This document shows positions 24,277 through 37,785 of a DNA stretch of 51,756 nt, in pieces. The notes under the pieces were generated by a model. That model was not told where the DNA came from and made no database searches. It worked only from the letters and a program-made list of their open reading frames with translations. How positions within the stretch are numbered: the first letter of the stretch is position 1; each line of letters begins with the position of its first letter. The DNA comes from Octopus bimaculoides (lineage: Eukaryota), in contig NC_068990.1 of NCBI RefSeq assembly GCF_001194135.2, positions 82,655,192 through 82,706,947 on the forward strand. Direction: 5' to 3'. Made by a program: the position numbers and the translations under genes.

Positions 24277-25049
24277 CGGCGCTTATTCATTGTTTCATCT
24301 AAGAGAAGCCTCAAGGCAGTACTATTACACAACAGCAATAAGAAACCATCCATTCCCATAGGACATACAGTGCATATGAAGGAGTGTTATGCCCATGGGA
24401 CAGTCGTGCAACTAACAAGTACTATGTGCAATCAGAGTGGCCTTTGCGAAAATCATATGAGCCGGGAGTTTCTATAAGCCACTTTTAAAACCCAGAAAAT
24501 GTTCTTCTTCCCCCTCTTCCCATAAAGCTTGGCCTCATGAAACAATTCGTGAAGACACTTGCCAGGGAAAGCTCAAAAAGTTTTGAATATGTGAAGGCGA
24601 AATTTCCAAAAGTCACCGAGGCAAAACTGAAGGAGGGCATATTCATTGGTCTGCAGATAAAAGGACTCCTGAAGGACAATCACTTCCTCACAGCACTGGA
24701 TGAGATTGAGCTTAAAGCCTGGAATCGGCTCTGTGAAAGTTTCCTAGGCAACAAGAGATCTCTAGAGTTTAGAAATGGAGTGAAATGTCTTCTTGACTCC
24801 TACGCTGCAATGGGCAGTCGGATGTCAGTAAAAGTCCATTTCTTTGATTCACATCTGGACTTTTTTGCAGAAAACCTTGGAGCAGTGTCTGGTGAGCAAG
24901 GGGATCACTTTCATCAAGATATTGCATCAATGGAACAAGGATATCAAGGATTTGGGAATGTAAGAATGTTAGCTGACTATTGTTGGATGTTATACAGAGA
25001 TGAACCGGAGACAAAACACCATATAAAGATCAAATTCCAAAGATTTTGA
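24277..25049 (+). pseudogene. Transposase pseudogene (includes ORF-track 170-aa ORF 24537-25049)
   Basis: FIDSS read as FIVSS, LPPLHIK as LPPLPIK, DEQGERF as GEQGDHF. Frameshift(s) near 24470-24490 and a deletion between KECY and WDSR. Confidence 0.85.
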
Positions 25050-25327
25050 GTTGTTATGTATTCGAGTGTATTCTAACGTATTTGTACACAATAATTTTAA
25101 TTTTGTACAATAAAAAGCCATGAAATTATCGTATCTTGTATTCAATATACATTATATAAACATGCTTTATGTATCCTAGAAGTTAAAACAGCAGGTATCA
25201 TTAACATGAAAATGTGACCTGATAGAGTACATCGGACTTCAGATTCGTATTCAGCATCAATAATTAACACAGAAAAGTTAATGAGCAACTCTGATGATTA
25301 AAAAAAGTTTCATTTTGTTGACCAGTG
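24277..25327 (+). mobile_element. Chapaev-like (CMC superfamily) DNA transposon remnant, internally deleted, right TIR retained
   Basis: Translates RRLFIVSSKRSLKAVLLHNSNKKPSIPIGHTVHMKECY / WDSRATNKYYVQSEWPLR / ENVLLPPLPIKLGLMKQFVK...HFFDSHLDFFAENLGAVSGEQGDHFHQDI...GNVRMLADYCWMLYRD. Ends ttttgttgaccagtg|TAA (reverse complement CACTGGTCAACAAAA). Confidence 0.85.
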
Positions 25328-27714
25328 TAATGATAGCGTCTAGTGATGTTTCTAGCACCATTATTGCACCGAATAAAAATGATCCTTGGTACATGTTACT
25401 GTTGTTTAGCCTACTGATCACCTTCCATTCTGATTGAATATACCTGCGTTCAAAAATTCTTCAGCCATTATTGTCTTATGGTTATCTCGGGCTACTTTGT
25501 CATTTATTCGTTTCCTTTTATATTTGAGTTGGTAGAGTATGATTTGATAAAGATTTGGCTGTTGCTTCTAGCAAATAGAGCGATTATGCTAAATGCTTTC
25601 ATTGACTCATTTATTACTATGATCTATTTCTCATAAGTGGTGTACGTGATGTACAATTTCTGCAATGAGGATTCGAAAGCTGATTAAAAACATTACTGAT
25701 TGAGACCTAACATCCATAATGCAGAGCTGATATGATCTTCCTTGATTTATTGGATTTCACCACCATGTCTGCCCCCATCAAACGTTGCTCTTGACTAGAA
25801 ACAGAACAGAACATCATCCTTTTGAGCTGTATATGTAGTTAAACTATCGTAATTTATGATGTAGTTTTAAATTTACATTTCACTCTATCAGTCTCATTCT
25901 ACTACTCTTCACCCCCTGGCTTTTATTCTCTTTTGTAACTTAAATGTTACATACCTCATCTTCTACTTCATCTCCAAGTATTGATTATTCCACCAAATAA
26001 TACGGAATTCACAGCTCAGCTTTGCTATCGCTGGTAATAGCAAATGAATTGGTTACAGACGTCACGTCTAAACGACATATCTTAACGCAGTGGACATAAA
26101 GCAACTGCATCAACAGTACTATGTAAATTGATTCCCTCTAACCTTGCCTCGGTAACAACACAATAATTTACTGTTAAGAAACGACAATCTATTAGATGCT
26201 TTGAATATAATAATGTAATGTTGCTATGTTTATGAAAATAGATAAACAAGACGAAACAAACTAATATTAGGACGCTGAATGAATAAAATGCTATGCAGTC
26301 CAAACTCATGCGACATGTGTTCACATTTAGCTGGGGTTGGTTTTAATCCGTAAGGATTAAAATATAAACACTAATGAATGTAAAGAATTTAATTTAATCA
26401 AATTCATCCACTCACAAAATATTTGGCATAGTGAATAAGCCAGAAATTATTATTAACTCCTTCATTACAATATTTCGTTGAAATACACTGCTTTCGCTTT
26501 AATTTTAAATATAAGAATTAAGTTAAATAATTGTCTTCAGATTCCTTGAAAATAGGCAGTTTGCATCGTAGAAATACAGGGGTAGTCTGGGGCTGGTTAG
26601 GAAGTCCCCGAACATAATTGTCTTGAAGATTTTAGCAACACCTTTTCATTTTCATTTCATCTTTTAACCTTCTGAGATCTACTAATTGTCAGTTACGCAT
26701 TGAAAACGACTCATTTGGCTATAAATTTCCCCTATAAACCACAAAACTCCTCTTCATTTGGTTAATACACTATTTAACCTGTATAATGTAAAAACAATTG
26801 CTGTATCGTTCATTATTCTGAGGATATTTGCAACATCAAGTCAATGCAGTAAAACCAAATGCTTAAGAAGCTCACGTTGAAATTACGTGCACGTAGATTC
26901 AATCTCACTACATGATAATATAGGCAAGTGTCTCTTGTGAATGAAACTCTACTGCAACCAATTAGATGAATTGTATACTTCTAGCATGAAGATAGATCAT
27001 TCTCATACACTATGTAACGCTGTTACCAAGAAGAAACTTGTAAGAGCATACGTGCCTGTGTAACATTGAGCCACTTAAATACTAATTTCATGATATATAA
27101 GTACAGTTGATGGAACAACTAAAACTAGGAAATTCCGAACGAGGTCCATTGCATTTTTGTAGCCTTCAAATATAATCCTTTTCCTTTCCATGATGATAAA
27201 ATTGATACATTTTATAAAATTTTAGTGTAATTTGATAAAATTGATACATCTTCTAACAACCAGTGATTTCGTTGGTATTTCTGGTCTTCTGCCGATGTAA
27301 GATACACGATTATTTACATATGACTTTAGCTCACTGTAAATTCTTTGTGACTTAGCATGTGTCTATTGGTGTTTATAGATGTCTATGTGGGATGTATTTA
27401 CATCTCTCTTATTAGTCAGTGAATTAATGTTTCTGTATGCTGGTGGTTGCTCTTTGAAATCCAGTAGCTAAACTATCATTTTTTCATCTTTGGGGCTATC
27501 TATGACTATTATACACGATGTATCCCTGATTTTATTGACATAAGTGTTGTATTTTTTAGTGTAATTTGATTATTTCCAATGTGCGAGTGACCTCCAAGTG
27601 ACTGTTGGATACTTTATAACTAGGGTATCAATATTAAATTGTTTGTCTTGAATTTGTAAGAATCTTTCTCTCTTTTTTGGGGGGGAAATATAAATGCATG
27701 CTCATATACTGATA

Positions 27715-27748
27715 CACACATACACACATGCAAACACACACACACGCA

Positions 27749-27807
<59 letters not shown>
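27715..27807. repeat. (CA)n microsatellite
   Basis: Seen directly. Confidence 0.97.
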
Positions 27808-27809
<2 letters not shown>

Positions 27810-28017
27810 ATATATGCATTTACCTTATTTCTGTGTGAGAGGAGTTTGGCTTGATTTGCATGTGCATTAGCAGGAAGGTTTATCTGTTGTTTGGTTATGA
27901 ATGCCTCAGTAAAAATAGTTTGTGTTTCAGTGATTGTCTTATTTCTCTAACTTATTCTACCGTCCAAAACTGGGACAACAAAGAACCTCCTCATGGTTGG
28001 TAAGCCTACTGCAAGTA

Positions 28018-28227
28018 CAGGTTGCGGCAGAAATACCTCCCACATTTGAAAGTTTGACAAAAGGAAAACAAAACAATATTTATGAAAATTTAATTTTACT
28101 GTTGTTTAAACAAAGGGTTACTGTTTTTATTCATTAGCTAAAGGAAACATCATTGGCACTTGCATAAGTTCATTAGCAACATATAGGTGAAAGTTTAAAA
28201 TGTGGGAGGTATTTCTGCCGCACCCTG
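28018..28227. mobile_element. 210-bp MITE, Tc1/mariner type (TA TSD, 30-bp TIRs)
   Basis: TA|CAGGTTGCGGCAGAAATACCTCCCACATTT ... AAATGTGGGAGGTATTTCTGCCGCACCCTG|TA. TIRs 29/30 complementary; no coding capacity. Confidence 0.93.
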
Positions 28228-30929
28228 TAGAAACCAGATTTCCCTCAAATCAGTGCTAGCCTTAGAGAATTAAAGACAAAATGGGTCTTATAGTTCTATA
28301 TTTCCCTTAGGGATAGCATATTATTAATAGGGAATAAGAATTTAGATAACATCGATTATACGTGTTCCAGGCAAAAGTAATTTTTAATATATATGGTGGT
28401 TTTCTGTTTAATGTATTATGAAAGCAAGATTTAGTAAAACGTACGTCGTAAAATTTCCAAGGTTATGGGCCTCATATAATTACATTTTTCTAATGATATA
28501 AAATGTAATAAAAATCTTCCTGAGCCTGGTAAAATAATTTAATGCTGGTAACATCATGGAATATATAAGCATATATAATATTCCTGAAAACGAATTGAAC
28601 AGAAACCGGTAGGACTGAAATATTACGTACCTGTACATACTTTTCACTTTTCCACTGACGGAAATGTAATACTGCCACACTTTAATCGTTTATTTATTCT
28701 CTAAGTTATCTAAATAAACTGGAGAAGAAAAGAGCTTCATCCGGAATAGAAACCGTTTCCTCGTTGTATAGTTCTTGTACAACTTCGAACTAAAAACTGC
28801 TAAAATCTCAATCTGCAGCTTAAATATTTGCGTCAAATCTAGCAGCTTTCACAAAAGAGAAATGTGATTGCGTATATCTACAAAAGCATCTTTTGTAAGG
28901 AATAAATGACTTTCGTGTGAGGAGAATCCACGAAACAAAAACTAAGAATCACTTCAAACAACCATCACAGTCACTGAATGTCTAGATTTCGATGTCTTAT
29001 GTGTCATTAGCACAACATAACAGCTTTATCAATATTAATAGAATTCCGAATCTTCCAAACATTTAGCAACGACGGAATTGCAATAGAAATCAATAAAGGT
29101 AGTTTTGTGTTTGTAGAACAGCCGTTTGTCTTCTTTCATTTGTAAGAATTCCTTTACATTTCCTGCTGACATTTACTTAATTTTGTTGTTGCTATTGTTG
29201 TTGGTTTTGGATGGAAAGAAATGCAGTTCAAGTAATCACACATAACGTTTTTAATTAAACGTACTCACAGACGTATACTAACACAAATATGCACTTCCAT
29301 AAATGTAGAAATATACATAGGTTAACATGTACACATGTATGTAGGTGATAGTTTATATATNNNNNNNNNNTATATAAACATGTCTACATACAATTATGCA
29401 TCCACAAAAACACAGAAACACGCGATTTATATAAAGAAATAAGTATTGCAGAAACATAAGAAATTAAGTATAAATATGATCCCGTTTAGATTATATGTAT
29501 ATTTACATTATCTAACAGTTTGACTAACACACATAACATATTTGTGTGTGTAGTATTACCATTGATATGCAAACATACGTAAAAGAATATTATTCATATT
29601 TGCTAATAAAACCGAACTGAAACAAAAACCTCATCAGAGTGAATAATAATTAAAGGAGAAGAGAGAAAGAAGAAAAAGGGTAAAGTTGAATAGGGTTGTA
29701 ATCATAGCATTTTGCTTGTGTGTCTCTTTCGGCTGTTAAGTAAAAGACTAAAACGAAATAGCAATTGCTGGATTAATCCTTGTTCGTTTTTATGTTTTTG
29801 TTTCTCATTGTGTTTAACGTTTTATTTTTATGGATAAATAATAAAAAAAATAGTGGGATACGCCAATAGGTTTGAGTCGGAGAAGGTGTGTAGATACAAT
29901 AAGGTTTTATAATAATTATAATAATTTATAATAGTTATATTTGTAGTACTAATTAATAGTATTACTCACAAGAAAGTGCTAATCAGGTAAATGCAGTTTA
30001 TTTATTTACTAATATGTGGTTAAGCCCTTCCACCTGTTATCCGAAGTGAGATAGTTCAAGGTCCAACATTCGATGTAATCGGTCAGTTGAAACTTAAAGA
30101 CAAAGCAGATATTGAGACCGTTGTATGGGCTAAGATAAATAAATAAATGAATACGGACTTGGTGTATGTTGTAAGGGGTCCTAAAACGCTTAGAGTAGTA
30201 AATACTAGGTTTAAGAAATAATATTATGGAATAAATATTATTCCATAATATTTATTTAGGAAGTAAGGCGCTTAGGATTGGAAATGGCCCAACAATTTGT
30301 CAATATGAATGTGAAATTAGTCATAACAATGAAACGAATTAATATCGTAGGAAAGTTACTGAAATATTTCTGGTTTAGGGAGGTAATAAGTAGGGTAAGT
30401 GGCCCAAATTAGTGACTGATGGTTGCAGTACACTCAAAAAAATTAGTTAACTAACCTAACTAACAGCTAATTGATTAAATGATCTTAGAATCAGCCAGCT
30501 TGCTTGTCGATCAAATAAGCAAAAGAAATAGCTTTATATAAACATTTCAGCCTGCGAAGCTGAACGATCTACGATGTGGTTTCTGGTATTAAGTTTTATC
30601 TCTTACCCATAACCCCTACTAAGTAACTTAAAAATTGTAACAGCATGCAAATTACCCTACCTTATTTAATTAGTCAATAAGGCAAAAAAAAGAGAAATGA
30701 AATTTGCAATTCCTTCTTAAATTAAGTTGCAACGTAAATTACGCAAACTAGAGTTTATTTTTAATTTAAGATTAATATGTTGATGTTTCGCTGTAAAGTT
30801 GTATACCATATTAAAGTTCGTGCTATTTTCTTCATCTTGATATACATCTTAATCCACAATTTACAACTTGAATATACAAAAAATGCCATTTTAACATTAG
30901 TATACTAACGTTCTTAAATTAAATGACGC

Positions 30930-30971
<42 letters not shown>

Positions 30972-30973
<2 letters not shown>

Positions 30974-31587
30974 TGAGTCATCCCATCATAAGTAATGTTT
31001 TGGACTAAAGTGTATATGTCCATTAGTGTGTTGAAGTTTTTGAGTAGAGCGCTTGCACGGTTTAGGCTACCTGGTGTCATCCGTAGTTGGAATATATTTC
31101 CGTTGAATCTACTTCAGGAATTTCACAGTGTTAGTTGAGATGATAATTGATTAATACATTAAGTAATCAGAAGATGGATTTAGTATTAGTCTTTATTTTG
31201 TACGATCCATCATGGTACTGTCCCTTTTGGGTTGCATCCATTTTTCAATCTCTGTCAACCTCAGGTACTTCTATACATAAAGTGTTGTCTCGCTAAAGAT
31301 CTTGAGTTTGGGCAGTTATATTGTTATTTGCCAGTCGAATTAGGGAATGAAGCATTACTACACTTTCTGTTAGTATTAATTTTCTATAACAACTTGTAAA
31401 CTTTTCTCGTATGTAAGTTCGATAAGCTGAAAAAGTTGTTTTAAAGCATACGGTTAGCAGCAGGGATTACTGTGTATACGAATAGAAATCCTAAATTAGG
31501 GTATCAAGTAGATAAAATCCAGGCTATATATGTTTCATAGCTAGCAGAACCTCGGAAATAGTGATTATTCAAATGAGGGGTAATCTA

Positions 31588-31590
<3 letters not shown>
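30972..31590 (-). mobile_element. Decayed Penelope-like element 3' portion between (TA)n and (TG)n tracts
   Basis: Frameshifted minus-strand FC-LAMK-YI...FYLLDT and TF-QLIELTY resemble the PLE RT-thumb region (PFC..KT.I...F..LD..F; KLSYS). No YIG motif follows. Confidence 0.5.
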
Positions 31591-31633
<43 letters not shown>

Positions 31634-31818
31634 NNNNNNNNNNNNNNNNNNNNNNNNNNNNNNNNNNNNNNNNNNNNNNNNNNNNNNNNNNNNNNNNNNN
31701 NNNNNNNNNNNNNNNNNNNNNNNNNNNNNNNNNNNNNNNNNNNNNNNNNNNNNNNNNNNNNNNNNNNNNNNNNNNNNNNNNNNNNNNNNNNNNNNNNNNN
31801 NNNNNNNNNNNNNNNNNN

Positions 31819-31866
<48 letters not shown>

Positions 31867-32514
31867 TGTCTGTGTGTGCATATATAAATAAATAAATATA
31901 TATATATTTATTTATTTATTTATATATGCATACATATGTATGTATGTGTGCACATGTGTGAGTGCATGCGTGTGAAAGTGTGCGTGTGTGTGTGTGAGTG
32001 TGTATTTAAAACACCATTTTATCACAACGAGATTTTGCAATGGCTTCACATTAGTCATTATTATCAGCAGTCACAATTGTCTCATATCTCTGCTTCAAAT
32101 ATGTTTCGATATTTGCCATTAGTTTGTCTCGTTGCGGTTTAAAGTGCAACAACAAGCATCCCAACATAACCATCCATCCATCCATCGTTCTAACCCACAA
32201 ACCGATCGAATTTAATTACACTTTTAGTCTACATACATTTGTATTCAATTTATTTTTTAGTATTTTTTCTAAAATCTAATTAAAATAAAAATTATTGCCT
32301 CAGATACAACACTAATTTATTATTTTAGTATTCCATCACTAACATATTCTAAAATTTTATTTTATATTTTTGATTCGTTTTGTTATTAATAGATCTTTAT
32401 TTTATGGTTGCATTTTTTTATTTTTGTTTTACAAATTGCTATTTTCTTGAAATTAATTCATTGCATAACATAACTTTTATATGGTTTCACGTCATGATCG
32501 ATATGTATGTATAC

Positions 32515-32583
<69 letters not shown>

Positions 32584-34125
32584 TATATATTAAATAAAGT
32601 TGTTGTTTTTTTACGCATATGGTATAAAGACTAAGTTGATGGAAAGCACTAACTGTCTAAAGACTATTCACATTAACTTAAAGAGTCTCACAGTATCATT
32701 GTTTTTCGAAGTAGTGTGAGCTGGAGTGAAGTAGTGGTATACCAGATCTCTCATGATAAAAACCCTACAGTATATACACAAATAATATATATATATACGC
32801 ATATACATACCTATAAATATGTGTGTATGTGTGCGTGCCTGTGTATATATTTACGTATATATAGGTGTTTGTGAGTCTATGCATGTATGTGCGTGCATCT
32901 TTTATGCTGCTATTTGATTAAATAATTTTGCATAAAATTGTTCTGTATTATACAATAGTTGTGTTAACTACAGAAACAGAGCCGGAACAAGTAAATGAAA
33001 TCCTTAATGATGCGTTTTCTATAAACAGTAATATTTGCCCTTCGAAAGCGTTTCTGAAGGGTGTAATTTAAATAGAAACATATGGGAACTAATACACTAC
33101 TTCAAATGAAACAAACGTGGACGGGTTATGACGATGTTTAAGTAAACTACCGTGTTGTAAATTTTAGAAAAGGTCGGGAATTTTGAGTGAATTCGTTTGA
33201 TATAATTCGTATATTCTCGAAAATAAAAATTATCTCAGCTCTTTCATAGATGGTAAAAAGCAATACGGCAAGACAGAAGGATTTGGTGACCCACATCAGA
33301 AACGTGAGCGTGTTTAAAAATCAGAAGATAATGGAATTTTTTATTTCAAGTGTGGTAGCCTTATGATGAAAGGTAATTACTACCTAATGAGCTGATGGAT
33401 ATAAATATCTACGTGTCGTAGAAGTTGCTGAAAGATTCTAACTGCACAAAATGAAGCAAGCAGAATAAGATATATTGGTATAGAATGTATGCTTTAGGAG
33501 AAGAGACATTTGCGCACATAGTCTATGAATCTGAAGCAGTTTCCGAGAGAGTCTATTCAGAACCAGAGACATGGCAGAGCTGCTACAATCATAAATTAGC
33601 AAATTTGTAAAATATATGAGTTTGAACACATGAACAGATGACATGACAATAAATAATGCATCTCAGGAAAATGACCTGTATTGCATTATACAATGCGATG
33701 TGAATCTTCAAACAGATAAGTAGAGTCAACATTCACCCCTAGCTAATGTCGTTCTCTGTGAAGAGGAAAAGGTGGATTGATTAATCGAATGTTTTGTGTT
33801 TGCTCGAATACAAGATTGGTAATAATAGTAAGTTTTAAAAATCGACAAGTATCAGAGCTCAGAATATGAATTTCGAGGAATCCGAAATTGCCATACGCAA
33901 TTGTAATATTGCCTTAGAAAAAGTCGTAATAAGTTAGTTGAGGAATTTGCATATCGAAATGAATTTCCTAACTGCAGAAACCTCGTTAGCCTAGCACGAC
34001 AAAAGCTATAAGAAATGTAATATACTGTATATTAACGCTTACAGGATGGCACTTGATATCTAGCAATCTAACAAATAGAACAAAAACGCATTACTTAGCA
34101 TTAACACACATCACAAATTAATTAC

Positions 34126-34706
34126 TTCAAAATTTGGCTCAAGGTCAGTGGTTTTAGTGGGAGGTAGCAAGACCGTTACAAATGCCTCAGTGCTTCATTT
34201 GTAGTTTGTAAAATATGAAAACTGAAAAGCAATATAAAATTCAGAATGCAAAGTTTTGGAAGAAATGCCGCTAAGCATTTTCTCCGAACCGATTATGCCG
34301 GATCAACGCCTTGATAATAATTTTGGCACGTGGCTAACAGTTTCGGATGGAAGAGGTCAGTCGATTACATCGACCCCAGTACTCAACTGGTATTTATTTT
34401 ATTGATTTCCAGAAGGATGGAAGGTAAAGTCGATCACGGCGGAATTTTAGCCCAGAACAATAATTCAAGTGAAATTCTGCAAAACATTTTGTTCGACGCT
34501 CAAACGATTCTACCATCTGTGTGCCTTCAGTCATAATAATCATATTAATATGTTTCAAATGTTGGCAGAGCGCCAATAGTGTTTGAGGGGACAGGAACTC
34601 GATTAGACCGACCTCATTTCTGATCCGTTATTTTTTTTATCGATTTCCATGGATTTTTAACTCAGAATGTTAAAAACCCGGATGAACTTCCCTTAAAGAT
34701 TTTGTG
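34126..34706 (-). mobile_element. Head-to-tail array of three SINE family A copies
   Basis: Copies at ~34126-34312, 34320-34527 and 34555-34706, with gataataat and cataataatcat spacers. Confidence 0.82.
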
Positions 34707-35789
34707 GGAACGAGGATGAGGGCTTCTTGAGACTTGTGTTATCTCATTTCCACAAATGGTATCTCAATAATAACATTAGAAGTTGGGTAAACTCATCATA
34801 GCTCCCTATATGGCTGTAATGTTTGTTAGAAGTTTATTCCACCATTGTGTTAATGAGATTGGGATCCCAGGTGATGATCTAAAAGTTTAAATATCATTCT
34901 CTGTGGTAGAGTAGGTCTAGTCGTTATTCAGTTACTTCCCCAAGGAACAGTGAACGAAGAGAAACTGGTCTCAAAGTGGCAGCAAAACTGTTATGGTGCG
35001 CTAGTCTGCGAGTGAGCCTTGCAAAATAGGACACATAAAGAGAATTCATAGATATCAGGGGAGATAGATGATAGAGAGATAGAAAAATGTTCCGACTCAC
35101 AGAACAAAGTGTTTCCAGCTATAAGGCATCAAATACTGAGAATGCAGTAGCAGTTACAGAAGGAAGAGATCGTCGTCAGAGCCGTGCAAGATGAATGGTT
35201 TCATAGAGAATCTGAACAATAGCAGAAAGCTCAATTAATCATTTTAAGATAAGTAAAATGTGAGGGAATGTAATTTCTGCTTCATTGAGAGGAAATTATA
35301 TTACAGAAGAAACACAGGGAAGACTAGTCAACAAAAAAGCGAATAGAAGCAAATTCGTCCGAAAAGCGAACATTATAAGTCGTTAAAAAAAAAAACACGA
35401 TACCGAACAGAGAAGGCAGAGACTGAAAGACGATGCACAAAACTGCTTATGTACTAAGGTCAACCTTAATTAAACCTGGGAATCATCAACAATAACAGCA
35501 AAGAATCCCGCTGTGATTTTTTCTCGAAATATTCGCGTGCAAAATAGAAATGATATGCTTCTATTCCTCTAATAACAACGCACCTTCTAAAAAATTGAAG
35601 AAAAATATTAGTCCTATGCAAGGTACACTAGCTCTGAAGAAAATACGAAGGAAACCTGATGTCATTTCAAAGTATTATTATAAGCCAATATAAAAACTGC
35701 CATGGAACAAAAAATATATATATATAATTAAATGATAGTCACACAAAGAATATTTTTACGTGGTAAATACAATTTCAAAGGTAAGGCAG

Positions 35790-35834
<45 letters not shown>

Positions 35835-36079
35835 NNNNNNNNNNNNNNNNNNNNNNNNNNNNNNNNNNNNNNNNNNNNNNNNNNNNNNNNNNNNNNNNNN
35901 NNNNNNNNNNNNNNNNNNNNNNNNNNNNNNNNNNNNNNNNNNNNNNNNNNNNNNNNNNNNNNNNNNNNNNNNNNNNNNNNNNNNNNNNNNNNNNNNNNNN
36001 NNNNNNNNNNNNNNNNNNNNNNNNNNNNNNNNNNNNNNNNNNNNNNNNNNNNNNNNNNNNNNNNNNNNNNNNNNNNNNN

Positions 36080-37480
36080 AAAGACATTTGCGTGTTTGTG
36101 AGCGAGTTATTTTCTTCCACGAACATGATCAGCTACCTTATGACAAAGTGTTCCATGACCTCGCAAATATGTTAGGTCAGAGAAATAGGCCTGTAATTTT
36201 TAGCATCTGTTCTGCATCCTCCTGTACGGGCAGCGAACTTACACTTTCTGTGAAAATTTTGGCGAGCTTACCTCATGCAAGGAAACTCTGAAAAAGTATC
36301 TGCAGTGGTTTAGCGGGAGCTTTCTTGCATGTCTTTAAAAGAATAGCCGGAAATCCACCTGAGCCCGTTACATGGTTCGAGTTCATCTCATCAATGGCTG
36401 ATATTATATCCTCCTCCTCAAAATCGATGTAATCGATTGATGCTTTTTCCGGTGTAGATCTGTGGAGTTAAAGAATTCATCAAACTTGCATTTTTGCATA
36501 TTTCCCAGTAGAGAAATGAAGACGTCTTATTTAGCAAGTTACGTGCCTCCAATAATCAGCAATTAGCGAGCCGTTCTCTACAAACAGTAGTCGTATCTTG
36601 TAGTACATTGAGGCAGGTTATTTCACAAAAATGTAAAAAGCTTCAGGATTCATTTTTGTATTTTCCAACACCCCGATTTCTCCTTCCTTTTCTTTTTCGT
36701 GGGAAAGTGAGTTTATTTTTGATCACCAAGAGGACCTCTTTGAAGTGAGATTTCTTGCTAAGCTCTTTATGTAAGTGATAGGAGATCTTTATGCTCTGTC
36801 TCAAAAAGGACTCTCCTGCCTCGGAAGAATGAGATCTTGCATGTATTGGCTTTTCTTTGAGAGAACCTTAACGCATATAGCTCGCATTATTGACCCGAAT
36901 TCTTTAAGTTCCGTATCAATGTTTTGCATAGAGAGGCTTTTAAGCCAATTATACCTGTTTTTCAATTGACTTCCAGTTTGCCTTGTAGAGGTTCAGACTG
37001 AATAGATTTGAGTGTCATCTGTGAGGAATATATCTTTAATTACTTTCGGATTATATATCGTCAATTCTATCATATTGTGGACCGAGAAAATTGTGATATC
37101 TTCACACTGTAAATAATTTCCAAATTGTTGGTGAAACAGAGGTTTAAGATGTAAATGTGTCTTGTATGGTTTACCTGATGAACATCAGTTTCGTTATATC
37201 AAGCAGAAGTTCTGCTAGATTGCGCTCTTTGTGGGTCATCCCTAACAGTATCTTTATGAACTTTTCATCCGACCATCTGTAGATAAATCTAGTGCTTGTT
37301 TGAATTTTAAAAAATATTGATCCAGTTCTCAAACAAGAAATGAACAAAATATGCTGAATTAATAGTAGAGATCTGAAATGTGTAAAAATGTTAAGCAGCA
37401 AATGTAAGACTCGAACAAAAAAAGTATAGCAGGGCTTGTTACGGTTTGTCATCGAGACAAACGTGCAAGTGCTCCAAAAG
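36080..37480 (-). mobile_element. CR1/L2-type LINE ORF2 remnant (linker and start of RT), running into an N gap
   Basis: Minus strand: EEDIISAIDEMNSNHVTGSGGFPAILLKTCKKAPAKPLQILFQSFLA*GKL... then GGCRTDAKNYRPISLT*HICEVMEH...EENNSLTNTQ (RT domains 0-2). Stops and frameshifts present. Confidence 0.87.
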
Positions 37481-37594
37481 TCTTCCCTCCTTGTAACAAC
37501 TTATCTTTTAACCATACTGTACCATACGCACTATTTTTATTCATAGAATATAATGTAATAACATTTAAAGTAGTATTAATAATTTCTAATTTCC

Positions 37595-37785
37595 GTACGA
37601 GATCCGTAATTTTATGGGAAGTGTAAGTCGATTATATTGACCCCAGTGCTTAACGGGTTACTTAGTTTATCGACCCTGGAATGATGAAAGGCAAAGCGGA
37701 ATTTGAACTCAGAACTTAAAGAACTGGAAGAAATGCGGCTAAGCATTTTATTCGACGTTCCTGAGGTTCTTTCAGCTCGCTGACT
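37595..37785 (-). mobile_element. SINE family A
   Basis: aagtcgattatattgaccccagtgct...tttatcgaccctggaatgatgaaaggcaaag...ggaatttgaactcagaac...gaaatgcggctaagcatttt. Confidence 0.85.

Noticed and set aside
26454-26610. Possible TTAA-flanked (piggyBac-type) MITE remnant
   Set aside because: Only one end-like motif (ttaactcctt) is visible; no matching TIR.
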